Assembly (NCBI GenBank): GCA_040758355.1
Contig: JBFLWF010000023.1
Coordinates: 1-35,872 of the forward strand
DNA length: 35,872 nucleotides
From: Nitrospirota bacterium
Lineage (GTDB): Bacteria > Nitrospirota > Thermodesulfovibrionia > Thermodesulfovibrionales > Dissulfurispiraceae
Reading direction: 5' to 3'
Within the stretch, counting starts at the first letter, position 1. Each line of letters starts with the position of its first letter. Under the pieces are notes generated by a model that saw only the letters and a list, made by a program, of their open reading frames with translations, did not search any database and was not told the origin of the DNA. A program made the position numbers and the translations under genes. This document shows, in pieces, positions 28,967 to 35,872 of this stretch.

Positions 28967-29658
28967 AGGTCCTGGGAATAGTTCCGGCAAGGGGTGGATC
29001 AAAGAGGATACCGAATAAGAACCTATATCTCTTGGGAGGGATTCCCCTTATATGCCATTGTTTGGGAACAGCAAAGAAAAGCCCTTCTATTGACAGGCTT
29101 GTTGTATCAACAGAGGATGAGGCCATAGCAGAGGTTGCGAAAAAAGAGGGTGTCGAGGTCATTAAGAGGCCTGTTGAACTGGCGCAGGATAATACTCCGA
29201 CCCTGCCTGTAATAAAGCATGTGATTAATGAACTGGATAAAGAGGGATTTTATGCGGACATTATCCTTACAATCCAGCCTACATATCCTTTTATAACGGT
29301 GGAGAATATAGAAAAAACTATAAAGGCTTTTTCTGAGAATGGAGATTTTGATTCTGTGACAACCGTTACAAGGGCGCCGTTTAAACATCATCCTTACAAT
29401 GCAAGGAAGATAAACGAGGACGGCACAATCTCCTTCATGTTTCCTGAAGAGAAGAAGAAGTGCCCTAACAGTCAGTCAGCGCCTCCAGTCTATTTTTTTG
29501 GAAACCTTTATGCGTCAAAAAGGGCTACGATATTTGAAAAGGACTCGCTTTACGGAGATATATCTTTTCCAGTAGAGATCGATACCATCGAAGGGTTTGA
29601 TATTGACGATATGTTTGATATGGAGATGGCAGAATGGCTGATGACGAGAAAGAGATAG
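28963..29658 (+). CDS. neuA: Acylneuraminate (CMP-nonulosonate) cytidylyltransferase
   Basis: IVPARGGSKRIPNKN, VSTED, QPTYP, DIDD..D. Confidence 0.85.
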   Translation: MKVLGIVPARGGSKRIPNKNLYLLGGIPLICHCLGTAKKSPSIDRLVVSTEDEAIAEVAKKEGVEVIKRPVELAQDNTPTLPVIKHVINELDKEGFYADIILTIQPTYPFITVENIEKTIKAFSENGDFDSVTTVTRAPFKHHPYNARKINEDGTISFMFPEEKKKCPNSQSAPPVYFFGNLYASKRATIFEKDSLYGDISFPVEIDTIEGFDIDDMFDMEMAEWLMTRKR

Positions 29659-29718
29659 ATAGTGGGATATACAACGAATGTAATGAGATTAAAGATCTGG
29701 AGTTAATGGAGACTATAA

Positions 29719-30039
29719 ATGCCCCATAAAGTGGTAGAATACATTATAAGAATCAGCGCTTCTGACAGATATAGACATTTACATATTATGGATAAGGGAA
29801 GAGTAGTGTTCTTCAGAGTTCAGTATGAGACAAGGATTGGCGATGTATGGTATCCAGTTGTTAGATACGATACTGCTCATGGATTTGCTCATAGAGACTT
29901 GCTAAATTTGAAAGGAGAAATAGAAAAAACACCATTGTTTAATCAAGATTTTAACGATGCCTTGACTTTTGCCGAGAGCGATTTGAAATCTAATTGGGAA
30001 TATTATAAAAATAGATTTTTGGAGGGGAAAGATGAATAA
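29719..30039 (+). CDS. Small protein with an RYDTAHG..H motif; putative toxin of a two-gene module
   Basis: 106 aa, GGAG RBS. The YDxAHG..H motif resembles TumE/DUF6516-like small proteins (recalled, not searched). Confidence 0.5.
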   Translation: MPHKVVEYIIRISASDRYRHLHIMDKGRVVFFRVQYETRIGDVWYPVVRYDTAHGFAHRDLLNLKGEIEKTPLFNQDFNDALTFAESDLKSNWEYYKNRFLEGKDE

Positions 30040-30307
30040 AGAAAAAGAAATGATAGATAAAAATATTGAGTTAAGCGCAGAATTCAGCCGATACTTGTTT
30101 GAACATCCAGAGATTGAAACTATGATTCCTGTGGGTGCTGAGATTATATTATTGCCGGAATTTGATTCTGAATTGAAGGAGTTTAATCTTAAATTGGGGA
30201 AGACTATAGAAGCAGAAGGAGGCAGAGTAGTATATATAATGATTAAAAGTATCAGGCCTAAAACTCTGTCAAGGATAGAGAAAATAGAACTTGAGGCAGT
30301 GGTTTAG
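30032..30307 (+). CDS. Small acidic protein (DUF5647-like); putative antitoxin partner
   Basis: 91 aa, overlaps the upstream gene by 8 nt, GGAGG RBS; KNIELSAEF.RYL.EHP...IP.GA.II.LP. Confidence 0.5.
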   Translation: MNKEKEMIDKNIELSAEFSRYLFEHPEIETMIPVGAEIILLPEFDSELKEFNLKLGKTIEAEGGRVVYIMIKSIRPKTLSRIEKIELEAVV

Positions 30308-30343
30308 CAGAAAAATGGGAGGCAGACTTTAAGACGAGAAATA

Positions 30344-30397
30344 ATGGAAGATGTTGCTTGTGAGATATGCGGTTCAGCCGAATATGATGTGCTATGA
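30344..30397 (+). pseudogene. Remnant 5' end of a CxxC-headed gene (probably a methyltransferase)
   Basis: ATG...TGA reads MEDVACEICGSAEYDVL*, resembling the N-terminal Zn-binding segment of glycan-cluster methyltransferases. Confidence 0.45.
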
Positions 30398-30420
30398 AAG
30401 CCTTTTCGAAGTCAGGGAGA

Positions 30421-30449
30421 TTCTAAAAAAACAGCAATCCTGATATAAT
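30421..30449 (+). promoter_or_regulatory. Putative sigma-70 extended -10 promoter for neuB
   Basis: TTCTAA-N17-TATAAT with TG at the extended position (TGaTATAAT, 30441-30449), 9 nt before the neuB ATG. Confidence 0.5.
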
Positions 30450-30458
30450 GTTAAGAAT

Positions 30459-31487
30459 ATGCGCAAAAAACTGGGCGATAATGTAAGGATAGAAGAGAGG
30501 GTTGTTGGTTTAGGCAACCCTGTTTTTGTTATTGCAGAGGCAGGCGTAAACCACTTCGGAAATATTGAGATTGCAAAACACCTTATCGATATGGCGGTTA
30601 TAGCACGGGCAGATGCGGTGAAATTTCAGATATTCAAAACAGAAAACCTTGTTTCTTCTGTTGCACCGGACTGGATAGAGAGGCTTAAACCAAAAGAACT
30701 GCCGTATGATGCTTTTAAATATCTTAAGGAATATTGTGAGCAAAAGGGCATAATGTTTCTTGCCACTGCCCATGATGATGAGAGCCTTGATTTTTATAAC
30801 TCTCTTAATCCAATTGCATATAAAATCGGCTCAGGAGAGGTATCAAACACCCCATATCTAAGAAAAGTCGCAAAGAAGAAAAAGCCCGTAATCCTCTCAA
30901 CAGGCATGTATGATATGGATGATGTCAGGGATGCTGTTAATATATTTCTTGACGAAGGAAATACCAATCTTATTCTTCTTCATTGCATAACCTGCTATCC
31001 TCCTGTGCCGGAAGATATCAACTTGAAGGTTATCAACGCGCTGCAGAAAGAATTTGGATGTTCTGTTGGATATTCAGACCATACCATAGGCAATGATATG
31101 GTTCTTGCGGCAGTCGCCGTTGGCGCTTCTGTTATCGAAAAGCACATTGCTGTGAGCAAGAATGCACCCGGTTCTCAGGATTGCCCTGTCTCATGCGATG
31201 AAAGAGATCTCATAGAGATGGTAAATAGCATAAGGAAGATAGAAAAAGCGATTGGAACAGGCATCAAGTTCCCTTCCGAAAGAGAGCTTAAAAGCAAAGA
31301 GTGGGCAAGAAAGAGCGTTGTCGCTAAAGTCGATATTAAAAAAGGCGATGTAATAACAGAAGATATGCTGATATTGAAGAGACCGGGAACAGGCATAAGC
31401 CCAAAGGACATCGACAAGGTGATTGGACGCATTGCAAAGAGAAATATTAAAATAGATTCGTTGCTGCAATTTGACGATGTGCAATAG
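30459..31487 (+). CDS. neuB: NeuB-family nonulosonic acid synthase with a C-terminal SAF domain
   Basis: IAEAGVNH, ADAVKFQ, KIGSGE, LSTGM, GYSDHT, IEKH, KRPGTGISP. Confidence 0.9.
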   Translation: MRKKLGDNVRIEERVVGLGNPVFVIAEAGVNHFGNIEIAKHLIDMAVIARADAVKFQIFKTENLVSSVAPDWIERLKPKELPYDAFKYLKEYCEQKGIMFLATAHDDESLDFYNSLNPIAYKIGSGEVSNTPYLRKVAKKKKPVILSTGMYDMDDVRDAVNIFLDEGNTNLILLHCITCYPPVPEDINLKVINALQKEFGCSVGYSDHTIGNDMVLAAVAVGASVIEKHIAVSKNAPGSQDCPVSCDERDLIEMVNSIRKIEKAIGTGIKFPSERELKSKEWARKSVVAKVDIKKGDVITEDMLILKRPGTGISPKDIDKVIGRIAKRNIKIDSLLQFDDVQ

Positions 31488-31495
31488 GAGGAGAG

Positions 31496-32038
31496 ATGAG
31501 CTATCAGTCTAATTTCAATTCGGCATTAACCTATATGAAACTGGGACAGAAAGATCTGGCAATAGATTCGCTGAAAAGGGCGATGGCCCAAATCCCCGAT
31601 AATGAAAAAACAAAGGAGAACGCGGCGTATCTCAAGATGTTGACCATCATCGCAAAATTTAATTTTGAGAAAAAAGAGGGCGAGGAAGCAATAAAAAATA
31701 TAGAAGAAGGTCTTAAGATAAAAGATGACCACCCGGACCTCTTGTTTTTAAAGGCGCTTTACCTGCTTGATAATAAAATGTTCGATGAAATGCTTGCGGT
31801 ACTGATTAACTATCTGTTGACCCTTACAAGCCCGGACAGGGATAGGTACGATTATGAGTTTGTAGGACAGAATGCAATCAATGAGGTATTTAACAATCTC
31901 TTTCCGCTTGCCTACAAGAAGGCAGTACAGTACAAAAGCATCATGGGTGTTGTTGAGAAGATAGTTAATGCATCTCAAAACGAACATATAAAGAAGGCAT
32001 ACGATTTAATGCGCGACATCGACAGCAAGAGGACGTAG
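31496..32038 (+). CDS. TPR-repeat protein
   Basis: Helical repeats (ALTYMKLGQKDLAIDSLKRA; EEAIKNIEEGLKI..DHPDLLFLKA); AGGAGG RBS. Confidence 0.7.
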   Translation: MSYQSNFNSALTYMKLGQKDLAIDSLKRAMAQIPDNEKTKENAAYLKMLTIIAKFNFEKKEGEEAIKNIEEGLKIKDDHPDLLFLKALYLLDNKMFDEMLAVLINYLLTLTSPDRDRYDYEFVGQNAINEVFNNLFPLAYKKAVQYKSIMGVVEKIVNASQNEHIKKAYDLMRDIDSKRT

Positions 32039-33216
32039 ATGGCTGGTAAAGCTCGCGCTAAAAAGATACTATTCCCTTTAGGGGAAAAGGAACTCTCTTC
32101 TGTTCAGGAAAGGCTGTTGCACATCCCTTTAAGACTCGCAAAAGCGGGCTTCAGTGTTGACATAGTTACCTACAAAAAGGATTTATACGAGAAGGCGGAG
32201 TCTTTTTTTAAGGATGCTGCCAATATAACCCTCAAGCTCATGAAGTCTATGCCTCTCGTATGGTCTCCTCAGCAGAGGGACGATTTTGTCAAGATTTTCA
32301 TCAAGCACACCTTTGATCTTTATATTCCGGGAACAGACATGAAATACTGGAAAACAGCGGCATTTGACGACTTCAGGGGCCATGTATCCAGTCATGCTTT
32401 TTCAGGGCTCGAAGGCAGCTATGACCTCCTGCTGATGCCTGTACCTTCAAGCGATGAACCTCCTTCTACGGATTGCGATGTCTTCTATTCAACGGTTGTT
32501 TTCTTTGCTAAAGAGAATAATATTGCTACGGCCGGGATGCAGATATACCCTATTTCACATACCCCGCTAATCTTTCTGAGGTCATTTGACTATTTTATAG
32601 TAAAAGAGACATTCGAAAAAAAGTATTATGTTAATCACGGCATAGAAGACGACAGAATCTTTATACTTGATGCCCACGAAGAAAACTATTGCCTGTCTAC
32701 GGTAGAGGACACATACAAGAACCTTATGTTCAGCGATCAGATATCGATTGAGAGGGATGAAATAGGCGTCTTGATTGTGAATCATTCGAAATTCAGGCCC
32801 CAGATAAAGGAGATAATAGAGGCATTGTCAGAGTTGAATATAAAGAAGTCTGTTTTTTTCCAGAAGCGTGGATACCATGTCAGGGAGCTTTCAGAAGACC
32901 AGATAGTCGATGAGCTGATAAGGCCGGTTCTTGCAAAGGCCGGAGGAAAACATTATATTGTTCAGGAGGGGGCGCTTGTAAAGGTCCTTATGCCGTGCGA
33001 TGTAATCATAGCCCCTGTGTATATAATTCCTCTCAGTTTTGCCGTCCAGCATGACAAATGCTCAATAGTCTATAACCCATTAAAAAAGGCGATGCAATTT
33101 CAGGACGGCGTCTTATTTTTAAATAATAAAAAGTCGATTATAGATACAGTCATGGCTCACTTTGAGAGAAAACAGAACCTCACTTATATAAGTGATATTG
33201 TTAAGAGGATAACCGG

Positions 33217-33220
<4 letters not shown>
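32039..33220 (+). CDS. Hypothetical protein, probable GT-B-like fold
   Basis: Long ORF coupled to both neighbours; weak GT-B-like alternation (CDVIIA...LSFAV..DK.SIVYN). Confidence 0.5.
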
Positions 33221-35391
<2,171 letters not shown>

Positions 35392-35392
35392 G

Positions 35393-35668
35393 TTATTTAA
35401 AATAGAGCTTAAGCATTGCAAAGATTATCCCTGAAAGCACACCGATTTGTCCGAGCCAGAAGATAAACATCCATTTCATAAGTTCTGATTTAACGCCTGC
35501 TAATTCTACCTTTAAATTGGCAATGTCTTCTTTTGTAGCAAGCAGTTCTTTCTTTTTTTCCGTATCTGCTTCAATAGCTGTGTTGATTGCTTTTGTAACT
35601 GCCTTTGCCTGTTCCTCTGGCAAACTTGCTGATAATATTTCGTAAATTTTTAATGTGTCAACGCTCAT
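35393..35668 (-). CDS. DUF1640/CCDC90-like coiled-coil membrane-anchored protein
   Basis: DTLK.Y..L, PEEQAKA, LATKEDI, coiled coil, then KWM and a C-terminal TM helix; GGAG RBS. Confidence 0.75.
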   Translation of the reverse strand: MSVDTLKIYEILSASLPEEQAKAVTKAINTAIEADTEKKKELLATKEDIANLKVELAGVKSELMKWMFIFWLGQIGVLSGIIFAMLKLYFK

Positions 35669-35702
35669 CTTGTCTCCGCATCTACCCGATATATTTAATA
35701 TA

Positions 35703-35731
35703 ATTCTATGATTTTAAAAGTCTTTTGTCAA
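35703..35731 (-). promoter_or_regulatory. Sigma-70 promoter for the DUF1640-like gene
   Basis: Minus strand reads TTGACA-N17-TAGAAT. Confidence 0.7.
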
Positions 35732-35747
35732 CCCCGTTAGAAAAAGA

Positions 35748-35872
35748 TGTAGAGAACAGATAAACTGTCCGTATCTGTAGCACATAAACTGTCCGGTTAA
35801 AATTGGATAGCAAGGAGGCGCTATCCATGAAAAAGACAGAACTACTACAGGAGGTACGGAAGATGAGATTTG
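35748..35872 (+). mobile_element. Left end of an ISNCY/IS1202-like insertion sequence (truncated by the window)
   Basis: Inferred TGT terminus at 35748; two subterminal direct repeats CAnATAAACTGTCCG (35757-35771, 35781-35795); then a transposase-like start. Confidence 0.6.
35827..35872 (+). CDS. Transposase N-terminus (partial; MKKTELLQEVRKMRF...)
   Basis: AGGAGG RBS; the sequence resembles ISNCY-family transposase N-termini (M.RTE.LQE.R.MRF), recalled rather than searched. Confidence 0.6.
   Translation, partial: MKKTELLQEVRKMRF

Noticed and set aside
1988..31487. Assigning the pathway specifically to pseudaminic or legionaminic acid
   Set aside because: No recognisable PseG/PseH or LegH/PtmE set; NeuB product specificity cannot be read from motifs without a phylogeny.

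Overview
A single, almost entirely plus-strand glycan-biosynthesis island (about 1.99-35.39 kb) from an AT-rich bacterium. It follows a secreted transglutaminase-like gene and ends at a convergent DUF1640-like gene and the left end of an IS. A close match to the flagellar sigma-28 promoter consensus (TAAAGTTT-N12-TCCGATAA) lies just upstream. The island has no flippase, polymerase, ABC exporter or priming transferase, but it has an OGT/GT41-like transferase and a TPR protein, so I read it as a probable flagellin (protein) O-glycosylation locus. It encodes a nonulosonic-acid pathway (NeuC-, NeuB-, NeuA-like) with a UDP-sulfoquinovose synthase (SqdB) placed between a CapD/PseB-like dehydratase and neuC, which suggests a possible C-sulfonated sugar or nonulosonate. 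Tailoring genes are abundant: six SAM methyltransferases, two AsnB amidotransferases, two radical SAM/SPASM enzymes, WbqC, a GNAT, an MBL hydrolase plus HxGH nucleotidyltransferase pair, and a D-2-hydroxyacid dehydrogenase. Notable sequence-level structure includes two near-identical 72-nt GGGACTGTCCC hairpin elements sitting in frame in a degenerate GT2 domain, each preceded by a short tandem repeat; two G8 tracts, one of which would fuse AsnB to the GNAT on a -1 slip; a putative toxin-antitoxin pair plus a gene remnant between neuA and neuB; and a possible AUA start codon. All calls come from motif recognition by eye; no database searches were run.
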